64,000 nucleotides of DNA from Octopus vulgaris (GCA_951406725.2 OX597817.1:165478001-165542000); one strand, 5' to 3'. Positions 1 through 13,081 are shown, counted from the stretch's first letter. Notes: generated from the letters alone by a model not told the origin. Numbers and translations: made by a program.

Positions 1-20
1 GTTAATAGGCCGATGAATCT

Positions 21-604
21 ATATTCTTTTCTACTCTAAGCATAAGGCCTGAAATTGTGAGGGAAGGGGCAACTCGATTAGATCGACTCCAGTACGCAAC
101 TGGTACTTAATTTATCGACCCCGAAATGATGAAATGCTAAGTCGACCTCGGCGGAATTTGAAATCTGAACGTAAAGACAGACGAAACACCTATTTCTTTA
201 CTACCCACAAGGGGCTAAACACAGGGGGAACAAACAAGGACAGACAAACGGATTAAGTCGATTACATCGACCCAGTGCGTAACTGGTACTTATTTAAATC
301 GATCCCGAAAGGATGAAAGGCAAAGTCGACCTCGGTGGAATTTGAAATCTGAACGTAAAGACAGACGAAATACCTATTTCTTTATTACCCACAAGGGGCT
401 AAACATAGAGACAAACATGGACAGACATAGGTATTAAGTCGATTATATCGACCCCAGTGCTTAACTGGTACTTAATTTATCGACCTCGAAAGGATGAAAG
501 GCAAAGTCGACCTCGGCGGAATTTGAACTCAGAACGTTACGGCAGACGAAATACCGCTAAGCATTTCGCCCGACGTTCTAACGATTCTGCCAGCTCGCCG
601 CCTT
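21..604 (-). mobile_element. SINE family A (tRNA-derived), three head-to-tail copies, two 5'-truncated
   Basis: Minus strand: head GGCGGCGAGCTGGCAGAA, B-box-like GAGTTCAAATTCC, body GTCGACTTTGCCTTTCATCCTTTCG, tail AATAAAGAAATA; over 10 copies in the window. Confidence 0.85.
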
Positions 605-1945
605 CGGTAAATTCATATTACTGATGTATAAACTGCTCGCTGTAAAATTTCTTTAAGAACATATAACATACTGTTGTGTGTGTTTATTGAGCGAAAAAAA
701 CACCTAAAAGCTCCACGAGGCTCCGGCAGGAGGTGGTGATCCCTGCTGTACTCTTTCACCACTCTAAAGGTGGTGCTCTAGCATGGCCGCAGTCAAATGA
801 CTGAAACAAGTACCAAAAAAAAAAAAAAAAAAAAAATACTCCAATGATTCAAATATTCAGCTCCATTATATTAGGTTTCTTAATACGTCGTAGCGGATTA
901 GATTTTCGGGCAACGTTATATTAGACCGGCAGTAATTAACAAGACTCATGAGTAAGTTAGTCCCTAGGGTGTTTTAACTTGGTAACGGAAATCACATGAT
1001 GTATGTCTTAAAATGTTACTGAATCCAGTGTGTGTAAAATTTGTAGGTTTCGGTATATGTTTAACGGAACTTTAAGGTTGTCATGAGTTAAAATACGTAA
1101 ATAATTGCTTCCTTGTGGCATCAATAATTAAACTCATTGAGGGCGGTTGGTTGTGGATATGAAAACTCGTTAGAGCGTCGGAAAAAATGTCATGTGATGC
1201 TTCTTACTTACGGTCTCTCACGTTCTGAGTTCAAATCGTACCGAATTCAACTTTAGTTTCCATGGTTTATTTATGTATTTTATTTATTTTTTTTTACTTG
1301 TTTCAGTCTTTGGATTGCTGCCATGCTTGGGGGAACTACCTTGAAGGTTTTCTTTCTATTTTTTTTTTTTTTTTTTTTTTGAGCAAATCGAAGCCAGTAC
1401 TTACTTTATTTTCAGCCTGCTATTTTAATTTTTTTAATTTTTTTTTTAATTTTGCTGAAGTGCAAAACTTACGGGAACATAAACAAACCAATACCGGGTG
1501 TCAGGTGGACAAATATTTACACTCACGCATACACGCACACACACACGCACACACACACATGCGGTTGGCAACGAGAATTGTCTGCCATTGGCACCGGAAC
1601 TGCCAGATCACGTGATTTCGACGTACTCTGATTTCGACGTTGATCACTGAGTAAATTGATTACATCAACTTACTACCTCCCCCGAAATTGCTGGCTTTGT
1701 GCTAAAATCTGAGACCAGCATTTACTGCGGATTTCATCTGAAGGGAAAGGAGTCGATCAATTATAAATTGCTACTCGTATCCCTAAACAATACGAAAACT
1801 GATTTGCAGCCGAAACATGTGTAGAAATTAAAGGAGATCCACAAATGGTATTTATTCTTACTGCTTGTAATCCCATTTCAGGATAAGTTAAATTCAATTC
1901 TCCAACGAATAGTCAGCTTCTACTATGCTTCTACTTCTCATTATG

Positions 1946-2257
1946 AAGGCGCCTGGCTTAGTGGTTAGGACATTCGGCTCACTATTGTAAGGACGTGAGC
2001 TCAATTCCCGGCGACGCGTTGTGTCCTTGAGCAACACACTTTATTTCACGTTGCTCCATTCCACTCAGCTGGCAAAAATGATTTGTACCTGTGTTTCAAA
2101 GGGCCAGCCTTGTCACACTCTGAATCTCCCTGAGAACTACGTTAGGGGTACACGTGTCTGTGGATTGCTCAGTCACTAACACATTAATTTCACGAGCAAG
2201 CTGTTCCGTTGAACGTATCATCTGGGACCCTCGTCGTCGTAACCGACGGAGTGCTCC
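1946..2257 (+). mobile_element. SINE family B (tRNA head, CORE-like central domain)
   Basis: GGCGCCTGGCTTAGTGGTTAGG head, TGTGTCCTTGAGCAA CORE-like segment, tail CCCTCGTCGTCGTAACCGACGGAGTG shared with other copies. Confidence 0.8.
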
Positions 2258-2445
2258 TATACTTCTCGTTGCTTTGTTTCTTAGAGTGCATCTCGAAGGT
2301 CGTAAGAACTTAGTCGTTAAAGAGTTATCTGAAGTTGTGACGCAGGGTGGCGGACCAGATTATCATAAAACACTTTCGGGTTTTCTCTGATTCCGATTAT
2401 GATCTACGGGGAGCTGAATCGATGAACCAAAAAACCTTAACTTTG

Positions 2446-2679
2446 AAGGCCGCGAGCTGGCAGAAACGTTAGCACCCCGGACGAAAAGCTTAGCGGTATT
2501 TCGTCTGCGGCTACGTTCTGAGTTCAAATTCTGCCGAGGTCGACTTTGCCTTTCATCCTTTCGGGGTCGATAAATTAAGCACCAGTTACGCACTGGGGCC
2601 GATGTAATCGACTTAACCCCTTTGTTTGTCCTTGTTTGTCCTCTCTATGTTTAGCCCCTTGTGAGCAATAAAGAAATAA
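2446..2679 (+). mobile_element. SINE family A, full length
   Basis: Head-to-tail match to other family A copies. Confidence 0.85.
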
Positions 2680-3254
2680 GAAGCCTTAACTTTACTAAAT
2701 CTCACCCTTTTGCAGGAATCCATATCTAAACTGGCAGAGAGAAGAGTTTACTCTTCAGTCTTCCTTCATGAAGGTGACACGAGAAATTGCATCCAATACC
2801 CTGCGTAAAATGGTTGGTGGCAGGAAGAGCATCCAGCCATAAAGAGAACACATCAAGAGATCATTCATTCCGCAAACCACATCGTAGATTATTCATCTAT
2901 GATGGCTATAATATTACGGAGATGTACTTGCATAGCAAATGACCTGATCTGAGATCGTATGCTGGAACGAAAGCAATCGCAGCGTGGAAGATGTTTATAA
3001 GCCATATGGCTTATAAACACCTTCCATGCGGCTATAATATTGTATAACAATTAATATAAGGTTGACGGGAGTCTTTTGTCATCCTACGCAGAGCAACCTC
3101 TTTAGTGCCAATTGTCCGATAAATGGAACCCAGCCCGCAATTTAAGATATACACGACAACAAAGCCAGTTTTGTTGTTGTTGTGATGGTGGTGGTGGTGG
3201 TGATGGTGATAAGGATTATGATAATTATGATGATGATATATATGAGAGTGCATG

Positions 3255-3558
3255 TCAGCGTGTGTGTAGGTGTGTGTGTGCGTGTGTGTGTACGTATGTG
3301 TGTGTGCGTGTGTGTGTACGTGTGTGTGAGTGCGTGTGTGTGTACGTGTGTGTGAGTGCGTGTGTGTGTACGTGTGTGTGCGTGTGTGTGAGTGCGTGTG
3401 TACGTACGTGTGTATGTGTGCGTGTGTGTGTACGTATGTGTGTGTGCGTGTATGTGTACGTGTGTGTGTGCGTGTGTGTGTGAGTGTTACATGCGTGTGT
3501 GTGTATGTGTGCGTATGTATGAGTACATGAACGTGTGTGAGTGCGTATGTGTCCGTGG

Positions 3559-3601
<43 letters not shown>

Positions 3602-3660
3602 TGTGTGTGTGTGTGTGTGCATGCATAGTTGTTTGTGCGTGTGCGCGTGTATGTATATGT
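3255..3660. repeat. Compound (GT)n microsatellite
   Basis: GT repeats with GTAC/GTGC interruptions. Confidence 0.95.
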
Positions 3661-4484
3661 GTCTTGCATTACATATATTTCTTAAAGTAGATATTTACCA
3701 CGCGGATTCCTTTGGGGGGAAACATTAATGTATAGTCATGTAAGTTACTGCATACATCCTGTCGAAATATTTCTTTTACTGTATTTTTTAATACAGTTTG
3801 TTTATTTATCTGTAAGGAAATGGGTTTTTATTCGCCAAACTGAAACCATAAAGCTGTGATACATTAAGAATTTTATTGACACATGTCGAGAAACAAAAAT
3901 GTTTGTTAGCCACAGGAAACCACTCTCTTACTTTACTGAACACACATACAGCAATCACCATTATTGGTTGTTTAATTTAATTCAAACTATCACAGTTTCC
4001 TAATTATTTGGAAATCAACTCGTTATAACAGGACGCAACGTATCGTGAAATATTACTCAATTTACATCATTATTAGTATTGTAATTAAAGTGGCGGAAGT
4101 TAAGCCGAAGTTAAGAAAGCGGCAAGCTTTCAGCTTGTCTAAGTACCATTGGTACGCATGCACATCCCAATCAGCATTCAGCTAAAAGCCAGCCAGTTGA
4201 TTAGCAAAACATTCAACGACAAACTACAACCACTGATTCACAAAACTGCTGCTGTGTATATATTTGCCATTTATACTCCTTTTACATTGGTTCTTAATCC
4301 CCAACCCATCTAGCAATCTGTAGCACCGCCTCCTCCGATACCTTATACTCTCCTTCTAGGAGTGTATCTCTGTTGTATCTCTCACGCTCCGAGCCTGATA
4401 CGTAATACTGTTTTACCTACCTGTGTAGTTCTGTAATATTCACCTTCATTAACCACCTTCTTCTGAATATAAATAAAATAAACA

Positions 4485-4731
4485 AATGCGCCCTTGTAAA
4501 GCCTAGCCAGGCCCATGGGCCCGTTTCCCGGTTTCTGTGGCGTATGTGTTCTCCAGCTGGACGGGACGTCAGTCCATCGCAGCGTTACTCATTTTTGCCA
4601 GCTGAGTGGACTGGAGCAACGTGAAATGAAGTGTTTTGCTCAAGAACACAACGCGTCGCCCGGTCCAGGAATCGAAACCACAATCTTACGATCATGATGC
4701 TGACACCCTAACCACTAAGCCACGCGCCTCC
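4485..4731 (-). mobile_element. SINE family B, alternative-tail variant
   Basis: Same head/CORE-like region; tail matches the copy at 22612-22840. Confidence 0.8.
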
Positions 4732-4801
4732 ACATTCTTCTGAATATATGCGAATTAAAAAAAATTTTATTGTCTTTTTTTCCTTTTTTGGATTTAGTTT
4801 G

Positions 4802-6301
4802 CAAGACTATTGAAAAGGTTGCAAGGTGCAACGAAAAGTTTAGGAAAATAAAAATAAGAAAAAAGTGGAAATTTTACCGGTGAGTATGTTACATTATAAG
4901 GCACAAAAAGAAAATGACTCTCCCCTGACACAACAGAATATTGTCTTTTTTATGCACTTTGTCATACTCTGGAAAAATCTTGAATAGCACAGAATAAACA
5001 TTTGTGTTTAAATTGCCTGTACAACCTAAGGTTTTTAAACACAAGCTAATGTAATCAATATTTCAGAAATAGAACCGCGATGATTCATAGAAGTGATAGA
5101 ACATACCAATTTAGATCGGGTAAAATATTTAGTTTCGTCAAGCAACTTCTAAATTCAGATACAAACGGACAATAATTTCCTTTTATTTAAAACGAGAAAA
5201 GGGAAAGTAAAAGTATTTGTTTCATTGATTTGAGTTTATTAAATTACTAGCAGTACCGCCCAGCGTTGCTCGGGTATTGTTTCGACCCTTTAGAATTGAA
5301 ATTTTTGAAAAGTAAAAATTTTTCATTATGTAACTCGTTATTCTCTTTAAGTGAACATTTTTCTGGCTGAAATACACCGAAAAATGGTAACACAACAGTC
5401 AAATAATCGTAAAAGAATTGGGATTTTCATAGAAAAAAAGCACCTTTTTGATGTAAATAATTTTTGGTCTTAACATAGTCTGATTTGGATTTTATCTGCT
5501 ACGGAATGATGAGCAAGCCTTCTTCTATCATACTCTCAATTTTGGTCAACTTGTGTCGTAGGGTCTCGGAGGAGATGGTATTAGTTGAAGGCTGCCAAAC
5601 CTGCCACACACAGACAACTTCAGCTTTATATACATAGATTGCAATCTACAATGATATCTGTGTATTGATGCAGAATTGTTGCATTTCGCTTAGTTTCACA
5701 TCATACTCTCTGTTCGGTAGAACTAAGTTTTGTTATCGCCTTTGTAATATTTAGTTGCTTAAGCAATTAATTTAATATCTAGTCAATTTAGGGAGCATGT
5801 AGCTTAAATTAAGATATCTATTACATCATAAATTGAAGTTCAATTGAGTATTATGACGTTGTAGCAAGCAAGGAAGCCTCTGGCATTAATCTACGCGATG
5901 GGGTTCACTTGAAATAAAATTTCGTTGGCTGTGACAAATATTCAAGCAATTAGTTATTCAAAAATTTGGTGTCAGCAATACAATCCGGAATTGTATCGCT
6001 GCAATTGATGCAATACAAGGTAGAATTGAGGAAGACTTCCCGGGGGGAAACTAATGACTGGAATATTGATATTTTTGTGTTTAAATGAAACTTTTCAGGC
6101 AACAGAAAGTTTATCTCAAATACTTGCAGTCAATTAAGAATTAGGATAAATATTACTCAAGAATTCTGTTGTGTCAGGGGAGAGTCATTTTCTTTTTGTG
6201 CCTTATAATTTAACACATTCACCGGTAAAATTTCCACTTATTTCTTATTTTTATTTTCCTAAACTTTTCGTTGCGTCTTGCAACCTTTTTCAATAGTCTT
6301 G
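4802..6301. repeat. Inverted pair of a ~140-bp element (4802-4939 and 6163-6301)
   Basis: CAAGACTATTGAAAA...CCCCTGACACAACAGAAT recurs as its reverse complement. Confidence 0.9.
5247..5638 (-). mobile_element. Non-autonomous Helitron
   Basis: Minus strand starts TC, ends in hairpin CCCGAGC-AAC-GCTGGG then CTAG, and lies between A and T: canonical Helitron termini. Confidence 0.8.
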
Positions 6302-6359
6302 ACTCTGTCCGTTGTTTACACTGCGTTCCTTTTTGTTTGTTTGTGCACATGTGTGTAGG

Positions 6360-6360
6360 T

Positions 6361-6399
<39 letters not shown>

Positions 6400-6765
6400 C
6401 GTGCGTGTGTGTGTGTGTGTGCCTATGCATGCATGTATGTATGTATGTATGTATGTATGCATGTGTGTGTATGTATACGTGTGTGTGTATGGATATGTAT
6501 ATATGTATGTTTGTGTGTGCATCTGTATGTATGTATTCTGCATATTCATGTGCTTCCATGTCCGTGTCTGTGTATTTTCTATGTATGTACGTTTGTGAGC
6601 GTGTGTTTATATATATATGCACCTCTGTCTCTTTGTGTGTACATGTTTTAATACACACACACATACAAACATACATACATACACATATACATGCATACAT
6701 ACATACATACATACATACATACATACATACATACATACATACATACATACATACATACATACATA
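6360..6765. repeat. (GT)n/(TACA)n microsatellite block
   Basis: Directly visible. Confidence 0.95.
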
Positions 6766-6872
6766 CTCCTGTAGGCGCAGGAGTGGCTGTGTGGTAAGTA
6801 GCTTGCTTACCAACCACATGGTTCCGGGTTCAGTCCCACTGCGTGGCACCTTCGGCAAGTGTCTTCTACTAT

Positions 6873-7702
6873 AAAATTTCCTGTTGACCCTGGCTGAATA
6901 TATTCTAATCAAAGGAGTTCTGTTGTATGACTAAATTAAACGAGATGCCCTTCAATTTCAAAATGATAGATGTAATTTGATATCATTTTGTTGACATTTT
7001 TAGCATAAACTAACTTTCTCGGTTGTTTACGACGTTTAACATTTCGATAGATCTATTTTTCGTCACCAGTCACAAGTCTATCCAAGAAGGGTGAAATGAA
7101 TTCGCGAGAATGGAGAGGAGAGCAAATGTCAACTCGGGATTTGCGGTTGCTTTCGGACAATTCATGAGGCACCCATTTTCCAAGTTTAGGAACCTTTCCA
7201 AGTTGTTGAAGGTGACGATGAACAGTTGTATGGTTTGAACTAAGCTTTATGGCCAATTTTTCAACTGATAATACAGGATTTTCTTCAAGTAATGCTTCGA
7301 GGAGCTTATCATGAAACTCAACTGGACGTTCGATGTTCTTCTTCAAGGCTGAAATCTCTACTTCTGAATTTTGCAAATCATCATCTGCAAGTTCTTTCAT
7401 TCAAGCATTCTTTCCCATAAACTGAGTGTATGTTTGGAGTCGTTTCGGCTGCAGAGTTTCCTTTTTCTGTACTCATAAAGCATTATGTGCCTTAAATACT
7501 CTTTGGACACTTCCATGTTAGAAAGGGTTTTAAACAACGAAATTTTAATTCTATTATTCTGTAAAATAATATTTAATTTGTTTAAATGTACATACTTGCA
7601 TAAAAATAATTTTAAATTCTATTAGACATTCTAAAATACTATTAAATTTCATTCAATTTTAAAAAAGGTAAAATAGGACAGAACTTATGGGATGACCAGA
7701 TA
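6873..7702 (-). mobile_element. Mariner relic, transposase pseudogene
   Basis: ORF 7053-7400 has WVPHEL and LVTGDEK; TIR-like TATCTGGTCATCCCATAAGTT near 7700; 3' end abuts a SINE C head (6774-6872). Confidence 0.85.
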
Positions 7703-7859
7703 CATCCATAATTGTCTCTTTCCACTTTTTCTACAAACAACGATTGGTTTTGTTTCTGAACTTGTGAATTAACTCTGTGAGATTAATTAGATTATTTCCT
7801 TATTTGCGTATTCAAAAACGCTTCCCATAAACAACTTAAAGGTGTATATCTCTCTTTCT

Positions 7860-8261
7860 CTTTTCTCTCTTTTACGTGTTTCAGTCATTTTGCCTGCGGC
7901 CATGCTGGAGCACCGCCTTTAATCGAGCAACTCGACCCCGGGACTTATTCTTTGTAAGCCAAGTACTTATTCTACCGGTTTCTTTTGCCGAACCGCTAGG
8001 TGACGGGGACGTAAACACACCAGCATCGGTTGTCAAGCAATGCTAGGGGGAGCAAACACAGACACACAAACATACACGCACATAAATATATACATATATA
8101 CGACGGGCTTCTTTCAGTTTCTGTCTACCAAATCCACTCACAAGGCTTTGGTCGGCCCGAGGCTATAGTAACGGACACTTGCCCAAGGTGCCACGCAGTG
8201 GGACTGAATCCGGAACCATGTGGTTGGTAAACAAGCTACTTACCACACAGCCACTCCTGCG

Positions 8262-8263
<2 letters not shown>
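7860..8263 (-). mobile_element. SINE family C (tRNA head, internal TA/TG microsatellite, GTAAAAGA-type tail)
   Basis: Head AGGCGCAGGAGTGGCTGTGTGGTAAG, CORE-like GCACCTTGGGCAAGTGTC; ~15 copies in the window. Confidence 0.85.
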
Positions 8264-8359
<96 letters not shown>

Positions 8360-8439
8360 TATATACACTACCGGTATGTTTAACCATGGGCATACAAATG
8401 CGAACATATTATAAATAAAGAAGGGATAAACATGAGTTT

Positions 8440-8736
8440 ATCAAGCACTCCACAGACACGTGCGCCCATAACATAGTTCACGGGGAGATTCAGCGTGACA
8501 CAGAGTGTGACAAGCTTGGACCTTCGAAATACATGTACAACAGAAAGAGGAAGAAAGAGTAAAAGCAAATTGTGGTGAAAGAGTACTGCAGGGCTCGCCA
8601 CCAGCCCCTGCCAGAGCCTCGTGGGGTTTTCGGTGTTTTCGCTCAATAAACACACTCAATGCCCCGTCTGGAAATCGAAACCGCGATCTTACAACCGCAA
8701 GTCCGCTGCCCTAACCACTGGCCCTTTGCGCCTCCA
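8440..8736 (-). mobile_element. SINE family B
   Basis: Matches the 54028-54408 copy. Confidence 0.8.
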
Positions 8737-8847
8737 CTAAACACACACACGCACACACACATACATATATATATTCATCTTTTTGTTTCACCTAACTGTC
8801 TAGATGTTTTGCGTTCTTTTTTTTTTGTATTACATATATATATATAT

Positions 8848-9445
8848 AGCAATAATAAATCTCTAAACGAGATATAAACAGTAACTGCTCTATAACATAA
8901 GGGGCATCAGTCATCTGAATGTGGCTAGGGACAGGGCAGGGTGGTGGGGGTGTTACTGATGCATTTAGCCCCAGGCGATCGTCAACGTCACCAGGAGGGC
9001 TGACACCATCTCGGTGTCCTCTAGCCTGCAAAGGGAGATCATTCCCCGAATACGCGGATGCTACATACGGACCAGGTTTCAAGGTATTTGCCTATTATCA
9101 ACGCATGGTAAGCACCGTTCTCCGACGAATAACTCTCTGTACAGGCTATATATTTAAGGATTTTCACAGTAAACACATTTACTGATGTAGAAAAACCGTT
9201 CGAAAGCAATGATAAATCTCTAAACGAGATATAAACAGTAACTGCTCTATAACATAAGGGGCATCAGCCATCTGAATGTGGCTAGGGACAGGGCAGGGTG
9301 GTGGGGGTGTTACTGATGCATTTAGCCCCTTCTGGTGTCAGCCCTCCTGGTGACGTTGATGATCGCCTGGGGCTAAATGCATCAGTAACACCCCCACCAC
9401 CCTGCCCTGTCCCTAGCCACATTCAGATGGCTGATGCCCCTTATG
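8848..9445 (-). mobile_element. Non-coding PLE-type/retrozyme-like insertion: 357-bp unit + partial direct copy + inverted copy
   Basis: Sequence from 8848 repeats at 9205-9329; 8896-9008 is inverted at 9333-9445; (TA)n on both flanks. Confidence 0.75.
9065..9106 (-). ncRNA. Minimal type I hammerhead motif, U3-A8 core variant
   Basis: AUGCG-UUGAUAA-UAGG-CAAAUA-CCUU-GAAA-CCUG-GUC-CGUAU; stem I AUGCG/CGUAU, stem II AGG/CCU, GUC triplet. Confidence 0.65.
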
Positions 9446-9481
<36 letters not shown>

Positions 9482-9486
9482 ATAAA

Positions 9487-10169
9487 TTTCTTTACTACCC
9501 ACAAGGGGCTAAACACAGAGGGGACGAACAAGGACAGACGAATGGATTAAGTCGATTGCATCGACCCCAGTGCGTAACTGGTACTTAATTTATCGACCCC
9601 GAAAAGATGAAAGGAAAAGTCGACCTCGGCGGAATTTGAACTCAGAACGTAACGGCAGACGAAATACCTATTTCTTTATTACCCACAAGGGGCTAAACAC
9701 AGAGGGGACGAACAAGGACAGACGAATGGATTAAGTCGATTGCATCGACCCCAGTGCGTAACTGGTACTTAATTTATCGACCCCGAAAAGATGAAAGGAA
9801 AAGTCGACCTCGGCGGAATTTGAACTCAGAACGTAACGGCAGACGAAATACGGCTACGCATTTCGCCCGGCGTGCTAACGTTTCTGCCAGCTCGCCGCCC
9901 TTCTTTTTTTTTATTTTTTTAGACAGGCGAAATACCTATTTCTTTAATACCCACTAGGGGCTAAACACAGAGAGGACAAACAAGGACAGACAAACGAATT
10001 AAGTCGATTATATCGACCCCAGTGCGTAACAGGTACTTATTTAATCGACCCCGAAAGGATGAAAGGCAAAGTCGACTACGGCGGAATTGGAACTCAGAAC
10101 GTAGCGGCGGACGAAATACCGCAAAGCATTTCGCCCGGCGTGCTAACGTTTCTGCCAGCTCGCCGCCTT
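9487..10169 (-). mobile_element. SINE family A cluster (tandem copies)
   Basis: Three family A bodies plus a short junction fragment. Confidence 0.85.
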
Positions 10170-10276
10170 AATATGTATATATGTGTATGTATGTATGTAT
10201 ATATGTTTGCATATATATACATATATATAGAGAGAGAGGGGGAGAGGGAGAAAGAGAGAGAAAGAGAGACAGATCA

Positions 10277-10296
10277 AGTAGGTAGGTAGATAGATC

Positions 10297-10371
<75 letters not shown>

Positions 10372-10376
10372 GGATG

Positions 10377-10448
<72 letters not shown>
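10277..10448. repeat. (TAGA)n microsatellite
   Basis: Directly visible. Confidence 0.95.
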
Positions 10449-10975
10449 CGTAAATGCATGCATGCATACAAATAGACGCACACACACACACGTCATCCAA
10501 ATACTCATTCACACAAACATAGAAGTGCCTACGCACACACGTACATTCAAACCACACATACGCACACGTACACGCGCACACACACACACTCACTCACACA
10601 TAAAAAAAAAAAGCCACATCTGTAACCTGGCAGCTTGTCTGCTCCTTCGTCATGAAGATACGAGTTATGACGTCGTCGTCGTCTTCAACGATGTTTCTCT
10701 TTACTATTGACGTTCTTGCTGTTCCTGCTTCGTTTGTGTAATCGCCGTAAGCTGTTGAAATCTTTTCTCGGCTTTTAATTCAGGCTTATTTTGCCGTCTT
10801 TTGTATATTTTGTTTTATGCTATTTCAGGCCTTTTACTCGATTTCGTCAAGTTGCATGACGTAAGCTTTCACAGTTCATTGGATTTGTGTATCCTAAATC
10901 TTATGCGGACATGACTAAACAAAATGTACAGTTGCGTTTGTGAGACTGTGGTAGGACATGGATTTGTGGGCGTAC

Positions 10976-11020
<45 letters not shown>

Positions 11021-11307
11021 TGTACATATGCATTTATGCTTACATGTGTCTTTGTGTTTATTTCTGCCCCTCACCATTGCTTAACAACCGGTGTTGGTTT
11101 GCTTATGTTCCTGTAGCTTAGTGGTTCGCAAAAGAGACGATAGAATAAGTACCAGGCGTGAGAAAAAGTCCGGGGTTCGAATTGTTCGACCAAAAGCCCT
11201 TCGAGGCTGAGCCCTAACGTAACTTCAGATCGAATAACTGAAACAAGTAGAAAATATAAAAATATGTACGGGATTGTGTGTGTTGTCTATGTGTTTGTGT
11301 GTGGTCT

Positions 11308-11373
<66 letters not shown>

Positions 11374-11667
11374 TGTGTGTGTGTGTTTGTGTAGTTTGGC
11401 TAAAAGATCCATTCGGTTTTTTGTCGACACTAAACTTCATGATCTCCCATACGTATTTAACTACTGTCTGTCTTCTGCGCATGTGTGCTTGTTAGATACT
11501 TAACACTTCAACGTAGCTTGATTTGAACTTGCGACGAGATAGGTATCACATTGTGTGGTTGGGCTCGCCCTGAAAATGGAGAACCAGAACGAAAGTTATC
11601 GACAGCTCATGTCGATTTATCTTATTTCAGAAAGGCCAGAAAGCAGTGGAAACCTGCAAGAAGATAT

Positions 11668-11937
11668 ACTCTCTTTTTTACTCTTTTACTTGTTTCAGTC
11701 ATTTGACTGCGGCCATGCTGGAGCACCACCTTTTAGTCGAGCACATTGACGACCCTGGGACTTATACTTTGTAAGCCCAGTACTTATTCTATCGGTCTCT
11801 TTTGCCGAACCGCTAAGTTACGGGGACATAAACACACCAGTATCGGTTGTCAAGCAATGCTAGGAGGACAAACACAGACGCACAAACACACACACATATA
11901 CACACATACACACACACACACACACATTCATATATAT

Positions 11938-12006
<69 letters not shown>

Positions 12007-12176
12007 CATACGACGGACTTCTTTTGAGTTTCCGTCTACCAAATCCACTCACAAGGCTTTGGCCGGCCCGAGGCTATAGTAGAAGACACTTGCCCAAGGT
12101 GCCACGCAGTGGGACTGAACCCGGAACCATGTGGCTGGTAAGCAAGCTACTTACCACACAGCCACGCCTGCGCCTA
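11668..12176 (-). mobile_element. SINE family C, full length
   Basis: Both halves with internal (CA)/(TA) tract. Confidence 0.85.
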
Positions 12177-13075
12177 TACACTGTACTGAGATGATACTGT
12201 TACAGAACGTGTGTGCCACAAGCTGTTTTCAAGATTTCGTTTAAGAAATTATTCAGTTCAAGAAGTACGTTGCTATGGCCGGCCACCAGAGATTAACAGC
12301 GAGAAAATGAAGGACTTAGTCGATGTCATTCCCCGTTATACGACCAGGTTGACTGCAGATGTCTACAAATGTTCTTATCGAGTGTTGAAAACTATTTACA
12401 TGAATTTCATTTGGGTCCCACATCTATTGACTGAAGCTAACCCCACCCAACGGATTTCCATCTCTGATTCATAGCAGAAACATGAAAACAACGATAGAGA
12501 ATGGTAACAGGAGAAGAAATATGGATCATCTATAACATTGTGAACTACAATCGACCATGGGAGAAGCACGGCGAACCACCACAAACATTCTCCAGAGGAG
12601 AACTTCAACCAAAGATGGTTATGCTTTGAATTTTGTAGGATTGGAAGGGTGTTGTCTTTGAGCTTCTTCTCATGAATAAGAACCCCAATTCGGATGTGTA
12701 CTGCTACCGAATGGACAAATTAAACGCAGTGATCTAGAAGAAGCTTACAAACACTTGCTAATCGCAAGGGAATTATCTTCAATCACAAAACTATCAGACT
12801 GCACACTTCTTTGAAGACACGGTAGTAGTTACTGAGGCTTGGCTGGGAAGTTTTGTCGCACTCTCCATATTCGCCCGAATGTACACCTTCAGATTTCCGT
12901 TTGTTTCCGTCTTTTCAATATTCGTTGGACGGATAGACCTTCAACTCTGAAGGTAATGTAAAAATTCACCTGGAAGTGTTTTTTACGACGAAAGACAAGA
13001 AATTCTTTGAGTAGACAATAATGGATCTACGGGAAAGATGGCACAAAGTACTGGTATTTATATTATTGTTTGAAT
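12177..13075 (+). pseudogene. Degenerate mariner transposase
   Basis: WVPHLL in ORF 12211-12474 and HSPYSPECTPSDF (YSPDLAPSDF-like) near 12860-12900; many stops and frameshifts. Confidence 0.8.
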
Positions 13076-13081
13076 AAATCG

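Noticed and set aside
1795-1830. CTGATTT..GCCGAAACATGTG hammerhead-like string (similar at 50480-50520 and 9182-9207)
   Set aside because: Core box and stems too degenerate to support.
1946-2020. tRNA-like sequences at SINE heads
   Set aside because: A/B-box-like motifs only, continuing into SINE bodies; no complete cloverleaf.
2363-2593. Recurrent ORFs [15 protein letters not shown]... and ...[18 protein letters not shown]...
   Set aside because: Antisense translations of SINE A and SINE C.
2982-3030. Short palindrome centred on GCCATATGGC
   Set aside because: Real but isolated; no family context or function supportable.
3032-3728. His/Thr-, Val/Cys- and Tyr/Ile-rich ORFs here and throughout, including 29959-31866 (635 aa)
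   Set aside because: Translations of CA/TG/TA microsatellites, which lack stop codons.
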